Of a stretch of DNA of 64,000 bases, positions 1 through 11,950 are shown in pieces (position 1 is the first letter of the stretch; each line of letters opens with the position of its first letter). A program made the position numbers and the translations under genes. The stretch comes from Dictyostelium discoideum. Its lineage: Eukaryota. The notes beneath the pieces are model-generated. The model was not told where the DNA came from and did not search any database. It was given only the letters and a program-made list of their open reading frames with translations. The DNA lies in contig CM000151.3 of NCBI GenBank assembly GCA_000004695.1, positions 6,912,001-6,976,000 on the forward strand, written 5' to 3'.

Positions 1-323
1 GAACTATATGTTGTTGTGCATTGAATTGCAATTAAAGTGTTATTTGAAATTTGTGCACATAATCCACTTAAAGATTCAAGTGTTGGATAGTTTTTATTAC
101 CTAATGAAAATGTCCATAACTGTTGTAGTCTTTGTTGTTGATCATTATTTGTTGTTTGAGAATGTATACAATTTTCAATTGTAATCTTTTCACCTACATT
201 TTTTGGTGAGGTTAAACAATATCCTCTAACATCTTTAATTTCATCAGTTGGGTAAACTTGACAAATTGAAATATTATTTAAGCATATAAATATTAAAGAA
301 ATAATTAACAAGAGTTGTTTCAT
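1..323 (-). CDS. Partial gene running off the window start. It encodes the first 107 aa of a secreted protein with a ricin-B (beta-trefoil) lectin-like region.
   Basis: ATG at 321-323 on the minus strand. The protein begins MKQLLLIISLIFICLNNISICQVYPTDEIKDVRGYCLTSPKNVGEKITIENCIHSQTTNNDQQQRLQQLWTFSLGNKNYPTLESLSGLCAQISNNTLIAIQC. It has a hydrophobic signal-like N-terminus and a QxW motif (QQLW). The frame is open to position 1. Confidence 0.4.
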   Translation of the reverse strand, partial: MKQLLLIISLIFICLNNISICQVYPTDEIKDVRGYCLTSPKNVGEKITIENCIHSQTTNNDQQQRLQQLWTFSLGNKNYPTLESLSGLCAQISNNTLIAIQCTTTYS

Positions 324-713
324 CTTTTTATTTTATATTTTGATAATTAAATGAAGAAAATAAAAAAAAAAAAACTATTAATTTATATACCTTTTTTATT
401 TATAAATTTGAACAATGTTTTAGAAGTATCATTAAAAAAATAAATTTATTATTATTAAAAATAAAAATTTAAAAAATTTAAAAATATTTCTTTCTTTTTT
501 AAAGTATTCTTTAGTGATTGATTTTTTTTTTGTTGATTAAATTTAAAATAAAAAAAAAAAAATGTAAAAAGTGTTTAGAAAAAAATAAAAATGGAAAAGA
601 GAAATCCTTTTAAATTAATCAAAAAAATAAAAATAATAACCAATAAAATTAATGAGAACAAGTACCCAAAAAGAGAACTTGATTTATTATTTTTTTATTT
701 ATTTATTTTAAAT

Positions 714-2186
714 TTATTCTTGTTTAATTAAATTACCTTTCATCCAAATTCCTTTTAAAGATGGTGAAGAAGGATCATTTGATTTAAATTCACCATAACC
801 AGAAGCTAAACCATCTTCTAGCTCACCTATATAAACTGAACCATCAGGTTTTGTTAAAGTACCTTTTGCATTTAATTTTGTTTGACCATTATCTAGGAGG
901 ATTTCTTTAAATTCACCATCAATAGTGATATCACCAGAAATTGAGATTTTACCTTTACCAACACGTAAACCACGTATCCATTGACCTAGATATTGTGAAT
1001 TATCGGTCCAAATAGCTTCACCATAACCATTACGTTCACCATTTATGAATTGACCATTATAGTAATCACCATTATCTAAATACTCTTTACCATTACCATG
1101 TGGTAGAAGGTCTCTATTGATATCACCTTCATAGATACCATAACCTTGGATCATTAATCTACCAGATTGACATTCATTATTATTCCAAACACCTTCACAA
1201 CACCAACCTTTTGTAAAAATTCTACCGGCACCAGAGATTACACCATTGGCCCAATTATCATTTTCAGTGATTTGTAATTCTCTTTTATCTTCTTCTAGAG
1301 GATCGAAATTGTCGAGTACCTCTTGTGCTTGATTATTTTTAATTTTAATAAATTTACCTTTACCAGATGGTGAACCATTTTCAAATTCACCTTGATAGAT
1401 TGAACCATCAGGGAATGATACTTTACCATTACCATGCCATTGATCATTTTTAAATTCACCATAGTATTCCAATGGCATATCCTTTTTAACTTCATGACCA
1501 AATATCAATTGATCATGTTCCCAAATACCTTTAATCTCTGATTTTGGATCAGATAATACACCTTTACCATGACGTTCATTCTCTTTCCATTCACCTTGAT
1601 AAGAGATTCCCTTATCATTCTCATCGAATCTTCCAACACCATCATGCATATCATCTTTCCAATCACCATCATATTGACAACCACTCACTGAAATTAACCT
1701 ACCTTTACCATGTTTTTTACCATTTTCAAAATAACCTAAATAGAAATCACCATTTTTTAATTCTAATTCACCAAATCCATTTGGTATACCTTGAGCATTA
1801 ACTTGACCTTCAAATACTGATCCTGATTTCGAATGAATTGTAGCTTTTAATCCACTCATTGAAAGATATTCTTTTTTACCTTGTTGTTGTCCCTCTTCTT
1901 TTGCTTCCTCTTCTTCTAATCCCTCTAATTGATCTTGATAAATCTCATGTGGAAATCTTAAACTATCCAATTGACCTTTAAATTGTTTTGATTTTTCATT
2001 CTTTAAAAATGAATATTTATCATTTTCTTCATTATTTAAAAATTTAAATTTTTCAATATCTGGATTTGGTAAATTATCTAATATCTCTTTTATACTATTT
2101 TTATTATATTTTCCAAAATTCCTCTTTATTATTAAATTATTTTTTTTAATTGTTTTTTTTAAAATTTTATTAAAAATTGAATTCAT
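714..2186 (-). CDS. MORN-repeat protein of 490 aa in a single exon.
   Basis: The ORF is intact. It has many tandem copies of YxGxWkxgkkHGxG, for example YDGDWKDDMHDGVGRF, YQGEWKENERHGKGV and YQGEFENGSPSGKGKF. It uses typical Dictyostelium codons. Confidence 0.8.
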   Translation of the reverse strand: MNSIFNKILKKTIKKNNLIIKRNFGKYNKNSIKEILDNLPNPDIEKFKFLNNEENDKYSFLKNEKSKQFKGQLDSLRFPHEIYQDQLEGLEEEEAKEEGQQQGKKEYLSMSGLKATIHSKSGSVFEGQVNAQGIPNGFGELELKNGDFYLGYFENGKKHGKGRLISVSGCQYDGDWKDDMHDGVGRFDENDKGISYQGEWKENERHGKGVLSDPKSEIKGIWEHDQLIFGHEVKKDMPLEYYGEFKNDQWHGNGKVSFPDGSIYQGEFENGSPSGKGKFIKIKNNQAQEVLDNFDPLEEDKRELQITENDNWANGVISGAGRIFTKGWCCEGVWNNNECQSGRLMIQGYGIYEGDINRDLLPHGNGKEYLDNGDYYNGQFINGERNGYGEAIWTDNSQYLGQWIRGLRVGKGKISISGDITIDGEFKEILLDNGQTKLNAKGTLTKPDGSVYIGELEDGLASGYGEFKSNDPSSPSLKGIWMKGNLIKQE

Positions 2187-2458
2187 ATTTTTTTTTTTTT
2201 TTGATATCTTTTTTTAAAAAACGAAAAAAAAAAATAAAAAAAAAAAAAAAATATCACATTAATGAAAACTTTCTAACTTTAAAAAAAAAATATTTTCATT
2301 TTTTTTTTTTTTTTATTTAATTTTTAATTTTTAATTTTTTTTTTTTAAGCAATGATATAATTTAATTTATTCAAAATATGAACTTGTATATAAAAACATA
2401 GCACTCCAAAATACCCCAAAATGATATAAAATATTAATAAAATGGATTGTTCTGGTCT

Positions 2459-2498
<40 letters not shown>

Positions 2499-2687
2499 CA
2501 ATCAAATATTTCATTATAATCCATTTTTGGACAATTGTTTTTTTATTTTTAAGGAACAGAGCGAATATATTTTTTATATATAAAAAAAAAGTACTATTGA
2601 TTTGATTGAATTGGTATTTTTTTTTCTTAATGTCAAATTTGAAAAAACAAAAAAGTACTATTTATATTTTTTAATTTTTAATTTTAT

Positions 2688-3393
2688 TTACAATTCATCT
2701 TTAATTGGTTTTTCAGATTTTGTTGGTTCGATTGGTTTTTCAGCAGTATTTTCAGTAGCTGGTTTATCTTCATTTGTATTACCGGCATTAATATCTGGGA
2801 GATCAGTACCTGGGAATTGACAAGATTCATATTTTGCGAGTAATTCATCAACGTTAAAGTAATCTTTGAGTTGTTTAATCTTGTAATCTTTATCATATTT
2901 AATTGTTACAATACCTCTATTATGGAATCTACAATTTGTTTTTGTGACGAAAGCAGTGGTTCTTTCAAAGGCAACTTCACGACCAATGATATATAATGGT
3001 TCATGAGTGTATGTAATCATTTGTGAGAAATTCTCTGAAATTAATGCTTCACATCTATTATAGATTCTTTTATGTCCACCACTAATAATGTTCTTACCAG
3101 TTGGATATTCAAGTACACCATCTGCTGATAATGTATCTACCATCTTTCTACAATTAATTGGGAAACCACTCCAATTATTTTCATATATTTTAACTGCTTC
3201 TCTAACCCTTTCTTCAACTGTTTGGTTGGTTGGTCTAAAATAATAATAATAGTAATAATAATAATAATAAAAAAATTAATTATTTATTTATTTATTTATT
3301 TTTTTAAAAAAAAAGTACATACTTTGAAACCTTAGCAACAGTACTGCTAATAAATAAAACAACTAAAATTAATAATGCGTATAAAAGTTTCAT
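2688..3393 (-). CDS. ER-resident soluble protein with a signal peptide and a C-terminal KDEL. Two exons. The family is not recognised.
   Basis: Exon 1 is 3323-3393 and reads MKLLYALLILVVLFISSTVAKVS. It ends at the donor GTATGTAC. The intron is 3235-3322, an AT-rich (AAT)n stretch, with acceptor TTTTAG. Exon 2 is 2688-3234 and joins in phase: ..K PTNQTVEERVREAVKIYENNWSGFPINCRKMVDTLSADGV...EKPIKDEL*. Confidence 0.75.
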
Positions 3394-3739
3394 TTTGTAC
3401 CTTTTTTTTTATATATATAAATAGAGATAAAATAAAATAAAAAAAAATAAAAAAAAAATTTTTATTTGGAAATATCTAGAAAGTGAAAATGAAAAAAATT
3501 TAAAAAAAAAAAAAACTATAAAAAAAAAAAAATTAAAATAAAAATAAAAAAAAATAAAAAAAATAAAAATAAAAAAAAAAAACAAAACCTACCCGAAAAG
3601 TCACCCCACTTTTCCAAATGCGTCATCTTTTCTAAACCTAAAATGATTTTTCATTTTAAAATTACTTTTCCATCATTTTTTTTAAACACAAATAATTTTT
3701 CTTTATTTATTTTATTTATTTATTTTTTTTTTTATTTTT

Positions 3740-6700
3740 TTATAATGATTGATTTCTTGATAAATATAATTCAATTTTAAATAATAAAGAACGTAATTTC
3801 TTTTGTTCAATTAAAGATGTACCACCATATTTTAAAGTTTCAGTTAAATCAAATAATGGAATTGGTAATTCTTTGATAGTATAATTTTGTTTTAATGAAT
3901 TCTTTAAATTTGCATAACCAATTGTACCAATTGAATTATTATCTAAAATTAGAGTAGAGATTGATTTATTTAAAATGATAGCTTTACTTAGAGCATTAGC
4001 ACCGAAATTTGAGAATTGATGATTTGAGATATCCAATTTCTTTAAACGAGTATTTAAATTTGCAGCCAATGATAATAACAAAGGTACAATACAACGTTGT
4101 AATTGTTGATTTGATTTTTGACCACCTCTCATTAACAATGTTTCCAATGATGAACTTGAATTAATGAAAGATGACAAAGCAGAGATTGCCTTACTTCTTT
4201 GAGCACCGGCACTACCTCTAAAACAACCATTTATATTTAAACTTGTAATTATTTGATTACCATATAATGAACGACAAAGTTCTTTAATACCACCATCGGT
4301 TAAATCATTATCAGAAAAATCGATTTCCTTAATTAAATTAAAAGCATTCATTGAGATCATATTTGTAATCAATGGTCTTTGAATTGAATTTTCTGATATT
4401 ATTAAATTTGAAAATAATTCATTTTTATTATTATTATTATTATTAGCACCACACAAAAATGATAAAATCTCTTTAATTGAATCTGATGGTATCATTGTTT
4501 TATTTAATGATAGGGTTAATAAATTTGGTAAATTTGATAAACAGTTTGAAAGTGATTGTGTATCCTCTTTTGAACGAAATAAATTTCTATTTAAATTTAA
4601 ATTCTCTAAACAAGATGATTGATCATTAAATTGAAAGAATTTAATTTTTAATAAAGTTTCAGATAAATCTAAATTTTTCAAAGATTTACCTTCATTAGTT
4701 AACCATTTCGATAATTCCATAGCTTGGTCATTGATTTTATTATTTGAAATATTTAAACTTGTTAAAGAATTTAAATTACCTCTTCTAAGTGAATCTATGA
4801 ATGGTTTAATATGTGATTCTTTAATTCCAATAGATTGACAATTCAAATGAATCAAACCATTGGTATTACCATATTGAAGATATGAAAAGAAAGAATTTAA
4901 TGATTTATCATCCAATTGATTATTACTAATATCTAATAAAGTCAATTTCAAAGATTTCTGTGACTGAATCGTATCGAATAATGTCATCATAAATTCCTTT
5001 GGTAATGATAAATTTGAGAGAATTAATTTATTGATTGTTGAATTTGATGATAACATTGAGCCAATTTCATTTAATAAATCTTTATTATCCAATTTATATT
5101 CTTTAATGATGAATTCTTCAAAGAACCAATCGTAACGTAATGAATGAATTAATGGTATCAATTCTTGATTGGTTGGTAGGTCACGTGTATGTTTAGTGAA
5201 AACTTTCAAATTGAATACTTTATATTTTGGATCTTTAAATGCATGTTCGATATACCAAGCTATGGTTTGTTTAATTGGTATGGAATAGTAGGAGCAAAGG
5301 CATTTGTATGCACCCACCATTGCCGAGGTTGGCGTATGGTCAGGTGGTGACATTGCCTCCAAACGAGATGATGGTTGAATCTTTAATTTCATTTTCAAAG
5401 CATATGGCCAATTGTAAAGACAATACTCATAGATACGACGAATACATGTGATGGTATGATCACATTCCTCAGTGGTTGCATGAATACGATGACCCTTGAA
5501 AATCAATTCATATTGTTGATTATTTTGTGATACAATCTCTTGTAAATCCAATATATGGCCGTCTCTTGCCAATTTACCATTCATTTTAAATGTTACAATT
5601 CTATAGATACCAACTACCAATATTCTCTTTACAAAACCTTTCTTTCCATTCTTTTGAATATAACCAATGTATGAGATTTCCTCATTCTTTGAATCCATAT
5701 AAGATTTAACAGATTTAATCTCTGATGGTGTTGTTAACAATTGATAGGATACACGATAGTTATAATCTGCTAATAAATCCATCAACTTTTCAAATTCAGA
5801 TGCTGCTTCCATAGATTGATACATTTGACGTATTGTTGATTTCTCATTACAAAGTATACGATGAAGGAAATGTAATTGGCTCATTGGAGCTTCATTGGTA
5901 TATTGATAAGATTGTGTAGAGAACCTAGCTGATAATACAGATTTAAAATATTGACTCTCTTTAAAAGTTTGTTTTATTTTTTGTTTACATTGTAACAATG
6001 ATTGATTACAATCGAATACTTCTTGATATTCATCAGATGAATAAGTTGTAATACAAGTTGACAAGTATCTTGCAAGTATTGATAAATTGGATGTTGATCT
6101 ACTATTTAAATGAATTTGCGGTGGTATCAAGTCATAGAGTTGTGGTGAAATCAATGCTGGTACAAATAATTTATTAATCAAGAAATTGGAAACACCTTGA
6201 CCACCTTGATCATCTTGTGGCCATATTTCATGGAAAAACATTGCAATCACTTTAATCGACATTGGCATTTTATCCAATGATTCTTGACTAGTGATGATCT
6301 CACTCAATCGATTACTCCACACTATTAAATTACTAAATTCATTATGAATCACCACATTCTCTGAATTCTCTAAATCATATTTAAAATTTATTGCTTTATC
6401 TTGAACTAATTGTAATACAAATTGTCTCAATACATCCTTTATATATTGTTGACATGTTTTCTCCAAATAATTTGATATTAACAATGATGAAAATGAATAA
6501 TTTCTATTAATATTATTAACATCCTCTTTAATATCTGTATATATAAAATATCTTAATATTCTTAATGCATTATTACATCCAATTGAAAATGTAATAATTA
6601 ATTTTGACATTGATTCATATTGATCTTTTTCAATAAATTTATAAAATTCATGAATTATACTAAATTATTATTATTATTATTATTATTAAAAAATTAATAT

Positions 6701-7014
6701 AATATAAATTTTTTTTTTTTTTTTTAAAAATATACTTACTTAATTTGATTATTTACAATATGTTTAAATATTGAATCAATTGTTACAGCATCTTTTGTTG
6801 AATACATTAATGTTTCTGTTTTTTCTCTTTGACGTTGTTGAATTTCATCTTCTGTTAAAACCATACCATCCAATACAATATGATCTGATATTGGTTTATA
6901 AACTATGATTGTATTTGAACTTGCTTTTGAGGTTTGATTTTCATATGAAACCATAGCATTATATGCTGGTGATGTAGTTGATAATTCAATCATTTTAAAA
7001 AAGTAATACTTCAA
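3740..7014 (-). CDS. Leucine-rich-repeat protein of the RNI-like LRR type, about 1064 aa in 2 exons.
   Basis: Exon 1 is 6740-7014 (MKYYFFKMIELSTTSPAYNAMV...HIVNNQI). It ends at donor GTAAGT. The intron is 6660-6739, with acceptor ATTTAG. Exon 2 is 3740-6659 and reads in phase N IIHEFYKFIEKDQYES MSKLII.... The C-terminal half has repeated LxxLxLxxNxL units, such as LKLTLLDISNNQLDD, LTSLNISNNKINDQAM and LKNLDLSETLL. Confidence 0.75.
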
Positions 7015-7052
7015 AATGTATGAATTATAACAAAAAAATAAATAAAAAGAAT

Positions 7053-7091
<39 letters not shown>

Positions 7092-7394
7092 AAATATGAT
7101 CGAGTTTTTTTTTATTTTTTATTTTTTTTTTTATTTTTTTTTTTTTTTATTTTTTTTTTTTTTCAAATAATTTTGTTTTGTTTGGAACCCACCTATCCTC
7201 TCATAATAAAACGGGTTAAAATTTTATTTTACATTTTAAAATGCAATCACGACATAAAAAAAAAAAAAAAAAAAATATTCACAAATAATTTAAAAATAAA
7301 TTAAAAAAAAAAAGAGAATATATAATTAATTGTTTAGAAAAAAAGAAAAAAAAAAAAAAAGATAAAATTTTTTTTTTTTTTTTTTTTATTTTGT

Positions 7395-8610
7395 TTAACC
7401 AACAATTTCAAATTCTGAAATTGATAAAGCTAAAGATCTTTGATTCTCTAATTCTGAAGTTATTGGTTGTTCAACTATTATATTTAAATTATTATCATCA
7501 TCATTATTCTTATTACTACTAAATAATGAATCCCATTTAAAAAATGACCAATATGAACTTTTATTATTGTTATTATTATTATTACTATTTACATTTACAT
7601 TTATTATATCATTTTCATTAATAAGATACTTTGGTTGTTGTTGTAGTTGTTGTTGTTGTAGTTGCAGTTGTTGTTGCAGTTGTTGTTCGATTAATTTATT
7701 TTTTTTACCAATAAAACCACCATGTAATGATTGAAAATCGGTTAATAATTTTAAAATATTTTGATTTTTAGTTCTACTGATTGTATGTTGTGAAAAACCT
7801 TCAGTTCTATTTTGACAAAGAAATTTTACAATTTCATAATGACCATTTTCAACAGCCATTGAAATTGCATTTTTTGTACAACCCTCTGCTCTATTCTCAT
7901 GTAAAAACTTAACTACTTCTAAATGACCATATTGGGCTGACAAATCCATTGCATTAACAGTTGCACCTTCTTTTCTATTTTCATGTAAAAATTTTAAAAT
8001 CTCTAAATCACCATGACGTGCACTTAAATCAATTGATGATGTTGATGCATATCCTCTTTTATTATTATTATTATCATTGTTTTTAATTTTATTATTACTA
8101 TTTTCAATTTCATGTAAATATTTAACTTTTTCAAGGTCTCTTGAATCTACTGCATTGTCCAACACGAAAAACATTTTCTCCATTTCATCTCTTTTTAATG
8201 TGAATAATATTTTAAATAATTCACTATTATCTTTAAAACTAATCATTTTAAATATTAATCTATATGAACGAGTTGAAAAATCTAATTTAATTGTTGAATT
8301 ATTATTATTATAGTTTTTAAAAACTTTATCTTTTAATAATCCAATATTTTCACTTAAAATCATTGATTCAACAGATGTATAATCTTGATATTTCTTAAAT
8401 TGATAATTTCTATCAATGAATGTTATTTTATCTTTTTCCAAATTAATTTTATTGATTTCTTCTATTTTATTAATATTGCTTCTAGATTTCTTATTTTTAA
8501 TAGTCGATAATAAACAATTCCAATTTGAATTTTCACTTTTTAAAAATGTTGATATTATATTCCATAAATATTTATTACGAAAAACATAATAAAATAAATA
8601 ATCATTTGTA

Positions 8611-8669
<59 letters not shown>

Positions 8670-8681
8670 GATCATTGTCAT
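7395..8681 (-). CDS. Ankyrin-repeat protein with a poly-Asn N-terminus and a poly-Gln tract.
   Basis: Single 428-aa ORF. It has ANK units: DLSARHGDLEILKFLHENRKEGATVNAMDLSAQYGHLEVVKFLHENRAEGCTKNAISMAVENGHYEIVKFLCQNR. Confidence 0.75.
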
Positions 8682-8699
8682 ATTATAATAATAATAAAG

Positions 8700-8732
<33 letters not shown>

Positions 8733-8875
8733 TTTTTAAAATAAAAAAAATAACTATATTTTAAAAAAAACTATAAAGTAAATTATTTATTATTTTTTAT
8801 TTATTTTTTTAATAATTTATTATAAATGAGTTGTTTTTTTTTTTTATACATTTTTTTTCTGATTTATTTTTAATT

Positions 8876-8921
<46 letters not shown>

Positions 8922-9073
8922 AAAATTTTTAGATTAACCAGAATGTGGTGGTTTGCACCACACCTCAAAAACAGCTGTGCAAATAAATGTGTTAAATAAT
9001 TAATAGAGAAAAATAAATTTGACTCATCTATTTTTTATTTAAATTAAAGGTAAGAATAAATAAATAAATAAAT

Positions 9074-9114
<41 letters not shown>

Positions 9115-9412
9115 TATTTGGTATATTCTAGTTGATTTTTCTTTTTTTTTTTTTTTTTTTCTATTATTTGGTGTATGGAAAAAAAAAAAATCATATCCAG
9201 ATTTTTTTTTTTTTTTCTAATAAAAATATTTTTTGATCAGTAGATTTCTTTTTTTTTTCTTTCCTTTCGGAGTTTTTACTTTTTTTTATTTTTTTTTATT
9301 TTTTTTTTTTTTTTTTTATATTTTTTTTTTTTATTTTTTTTTTTTATTTTCTATATTTTATATTTGTTTCATTAATCTTTGTATTATTTCTTAATTTGGA
9401 TTTATCTAAAAA

Positions 9413-9651
9413 ATGAGTCGTCGTATGGGAGGAGGTATGCCAAAGATAAACTTATGTTTGTATCAAAGAATTATTGTAAAAAAAATAAAAAAAAATAAAT
9501 AAATAAAATTAATTAATAAATTAATTATTTACTTTAAAATTTTTTAGCTGGCGCTATTCCAAATAATAATACATCAACACCATCAACACCAACTTTAAGA
9601 AGTTCAGTATCTGTATCATCAAGCAACAGCAGAGGTTTATTTTTAGCCTAG
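9413..9651 (+). CDS. Small two-exon peptide gene X1, 48 aa: MSRRMGGGMPKINL|S|GAIPNNNTSTPSTPTLRSSVSVSSSNSRGLFLA*.
   Basis: Exon 1 is 9413-9455 and ends at donor GTTTGT. The intron is 9456-9547 with acceptor TTTTTAG. Exon 2 is 9548-9651. Both splice sites and the phase are conserved in the diverged paralogue at 10516. Alternative: an unspliced read-through gives a 31-aa ORF. Confidence 0.4.
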
Positions 9652-9993
9652 ATTTTTTTTTAAAAAAAAAAAAAAGTAAAATAAAATAGTCACTTGACTG
9701 TTCACACAAGCTTTATTTTTCTTTATTTTTCTTTATTTTTCATTATTTCCTCATTTTTAAATTACAACAACTATATATTTTTTTTTTTTTTTTAAAATTC
9801 CTTTTTCCTAAAGCCAATGGTTATTTTTTTTTTCTGATGTAAAAGTTTTTTTTTGAACCTTTCTTGTTTGAAACGGTGAATTGATTTTTTTAATTTTTTT
9901 TTTTAATTTTATTTTTTTTTTACAAAAATATCTTTTATTATTCTTTTTTTCACTAAAATCAATTTAACCACTTTTTTTTAAATATCAATAATC

Positions 9994-10051
9994 ATGTAAA
10001 GTTTATCATCTCTATTTAAAACAGGTAATGGTGATAACAAACTAGGAGCAG
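9994..10051 (+). pseudogene. Decayed copy of W-type exon 1. The start codon is followed directly by a stop (ATG TAA).
   Basis: atcATGTAAagtttatcatctctatttaaaacaggtaatggtgataacaaactaggagcag|gtatgatt here, versus the intact attATGGAGagtttatcaagtttatctaaaaccggtaatggtaataacaaactaggaggag|gtatgatt at 11091. Confidence 0.45.
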
Positions 10052-10123
10052 GTATGATTGTTTATTTATTTTTTATTTTATTTTTTTTATTATTTTATTG
10101 ATAAACATATAGGAAAAAAAACA

Positions 10124-10343
10124 ATGATTAAAATTCCAACAGGAAGAAAAAATAAACAATCAGGTAAGATTTATTTTATTAATTTTAAATTTTTTTTTTT
10201 TATAAAAATATTAATTTGGATTTGTATTCAAATTAGTTACAAATGGTCAAGTTATAAATAATGTTTGTAGACGCAACAAGCTCGCCAACAGGGGGATATC
10301 ACAAACTTGGATTATCTATTTGGAAATCAAAATTCATTTTTAA
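10124..10343 (+). pseudogene. Y-type copy Y1, frameshifted. Exon 1 MIKIPTGRKNKQS is intact. Exon 2 reads VTNGQVINNVCRRNKLANRGISQTWIIYLEIKIHF*, out of frame relative to its paralogues.
   Basis: Exon 1 is 10124-10163 with donor GTAAGATTT. Acceptor is aaattag at 10236. Exon 2 aligns with Y3 and Y4 for the first 4 aa, then indels shift the frame (aatgtttgtagacgcaacaagctcgcc versus aatgtttttggcaccaaatgcaacaaactcacc). Confidence 0.4.
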
Positions 10344-10357
10344 AATATATTCAAAAA

Positions 10358-10392
10358 ATGAAATTGCATGGTGGAAGATGTAAAATATTGGA
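10358..10392 (+). pseudogene. Z-type copy Z1. Exon 1 has an inactivated 5' splice donor (GT to AT).
   Basis: Here ATGAAATTGCATGGTGGAAGATGTAAAATATTGG|ATAAGAATT. The intact copy at 14042 is ATGCAATTACATAGTGGAAGAAATAAAACTTTGG|GTAAGAATT. Confidence 0.4.
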
Positions 10393-10515
10393 TAAGAATT
10401 TTTCTAATAATATTTTTTAATATTTATCCCAACAGATTTCTTTTTTTTTTTTTTCCATATTGTTTTAGTTTCATTAATCTTTGTAATATTTCTTTATTTG
10501 CATTTACCAAAAAAA

Positions 10516-10736
10516 TGATTCATGGTGTGGAGGGGGAATGCCCAAAGATTAACTTAAGTTTGTATCAAAGAATAATTTTTTAAAAAAAAAAAAAAAAAAA
10601 AAATTATCCACTGTAAAAATTTTTAGCTGGCGCTGTTACAATTAATAAACACTACTTTAAATTCAGTATCTGTATCATTAAGCAACAGCAGAGGTTTTTT
10701 AACTTTTTTTTTTATTGTTTTTTATTTTTAGCCTAG
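10516..10736 (+). pseudogene. Diverged X-type paralogue X2. The ORF is still open (MIHGVEGECPKINL|T|GAVTINKHYFKFSICIIKQQQRFFNFFFYCFLFLA*) but an internal deletion has removed the Ser/Thr-rich core. Functional status unclear.
   Basis: Exon 1 is 10516-10557 with donor GTTTGT. Exon 2 is 10627-10736, ending GCC TAG. The splice sites and phase match X1. Confidence 0.3.
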
Positions 10737-11090
10737 ATTTTTTAAAAAAAAAAGTAAAAAAAAAAAATAAAAAATAGTTGTTCACAAACTTTATATTTCA
10801 TTATTTGAAAATGAAAACACCAACCTTATATGTATTTATTTTTTTTTTTTTTTTAAAAAAAAATTCCTTTTTTCTAAAGCTAATGGTTGGCTATTTTTTT
10901 TTTTTTTTTTATCTTGTTAAATAGATTTTTTTTTTGTTTTTTTTTGTTTTTTTTTGTTTTTTTTTTTTTTTTTTTTTTTTTTTTGATTAAAAATATCTTT
11001 TTTTTTTTGTTTTTTTTTTTTTTTTTAATATTTTTTTTTATTATTTTTTCACTAAAACCAATCCAATCACTTTTTTTAATATCAATAATT

Positions 11091-11158
11091 ATGGAGAGTT
11101 TATCAAGTTTATCTAAAACCGGTAATGGTAATAACAAACTAGGAGGAGGTATGATTAT

Positions 11159-11196
<38 letters not shown>

Positions 11197-11329
11197 GTGA
11201 AACTAATAAAAAAAAAAAAAAAATTAAAGTAGGATATACATTTTTACAAAAACCACAAAATGTTTCATCACCTACAGCAAGACCCTCAACTCCTCAACCA
11301 GGTGCAGGGAAAGGTATATTTTTAGCATA
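11091..11329 (+). CDS. Small two-exon peptide gene W2, 52 aa: MESLSSLSKTGNGNNKLGG|V|GYTFLQKPQNVSSPTARPSTPQPGAGKGIFLA*.
   Basis: Exon 1 is 11091-11148 with donor GTATGA. The intron is 11149-11228 with acceptor ttaaag. Exon 2 is 11229-11329 and ends TTA GCA TAA. The GIFLA* end parallels GLFLA* of X1. Confidence 0.45.
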
Positions 11330-11713
11330 ATCAAATAAAAATAAACAGTCAAAATTTGGGCTATTCAATCCATTACTTTATTTTTTTTATTTTTTTTTTT
11401 TTTTTATTTTTATTTTTTTTTTTTTTTTTTTTGATTACCCCATTTGATTTCTTATTTTTTTCAAACTGCTCTTAAAAACCACACAACCCAAAACCTTTCG
11501 GCAAAATAAATTAAAAACAGTGTTTTTTTTTTTAAAAAGTTCTGTTTTGAAATGAAATCCAATTTTATTTTTTTATTTTTTTTGATATTATTTTGACCTT
11601 TGGATAAAATTTTTTATTTTTTTTTTTTTTTTTTTTATTTTTTTTTTTTTATTTTTTTTTTTTGTTTAATTTTTATTTTTTTTTTATTTTTTATTTTATT
11701 GTTAAAAGTATAG

Positions 11714-11950
11714 AAAAAAAAAAGGGATAGTGTTTGGTTAGGAGGAAAAAACAAACAATCAGGTAAGATTTATTTTTTTTTTTTTTTTTATTTTTTTTTA
11801 TTTTTTTATTTTTTTTTATTTTATTCTTAAACTTGTATTCAAATTAGTTGCAAATGGTCCAGGTAAAGCAATGTTTTTGGCACCAAATGCAACAAACTCA
11901 CCAACAGTGGGATATAGCCCAAGAATTTTAAGCTACACACCTGGATTCAA
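11714..11950 (+). pseudogene. Y-type copy Y3. It has no in-frame start codon in its first exon: ..KKKRDSVWLGGKNKQS|G|VANGPGKAMFLAPNATNSPTVGYSPRILSYTPGFKP*. Either a pseudogene or an internal exon with an undetected upstream exon.
   Basis: The in-frame TAG at 11711-11713 is the tatag acceptor-like site. Donor is caatcag|gtaagattt at 11762/11763. Exon 2 begins after caaattag at about 11836 and ends CCT TAA. Confidence 0.35.

Noticed and set aside
1295-1501. Short ORFs overlapping the MORN gene on either strand (1295-1501 minus, 1544-1801 plus)
   Set aside because: Alternative-frame or opposite-strand shadows of the 490-aa MORN ORF. They are His/Met-rich nonsense from the repeats.
10880-11330. 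Lys-rich and Phe-rich ORFs (10880-11137 minus, 10887-11330 plus) and similar ones at 13339-13718, 14260-14472, 27677-28199, 28610-28819, 29664-30387, 53109-53387 and 54091-54315
   Set aside because: They are translations of poly(A)/poly(T) tracts (AAA=K, TTT=F) in intergenic DNA. They have no codon structure and no splice logic. The real small exons in the array were defined independently of them.
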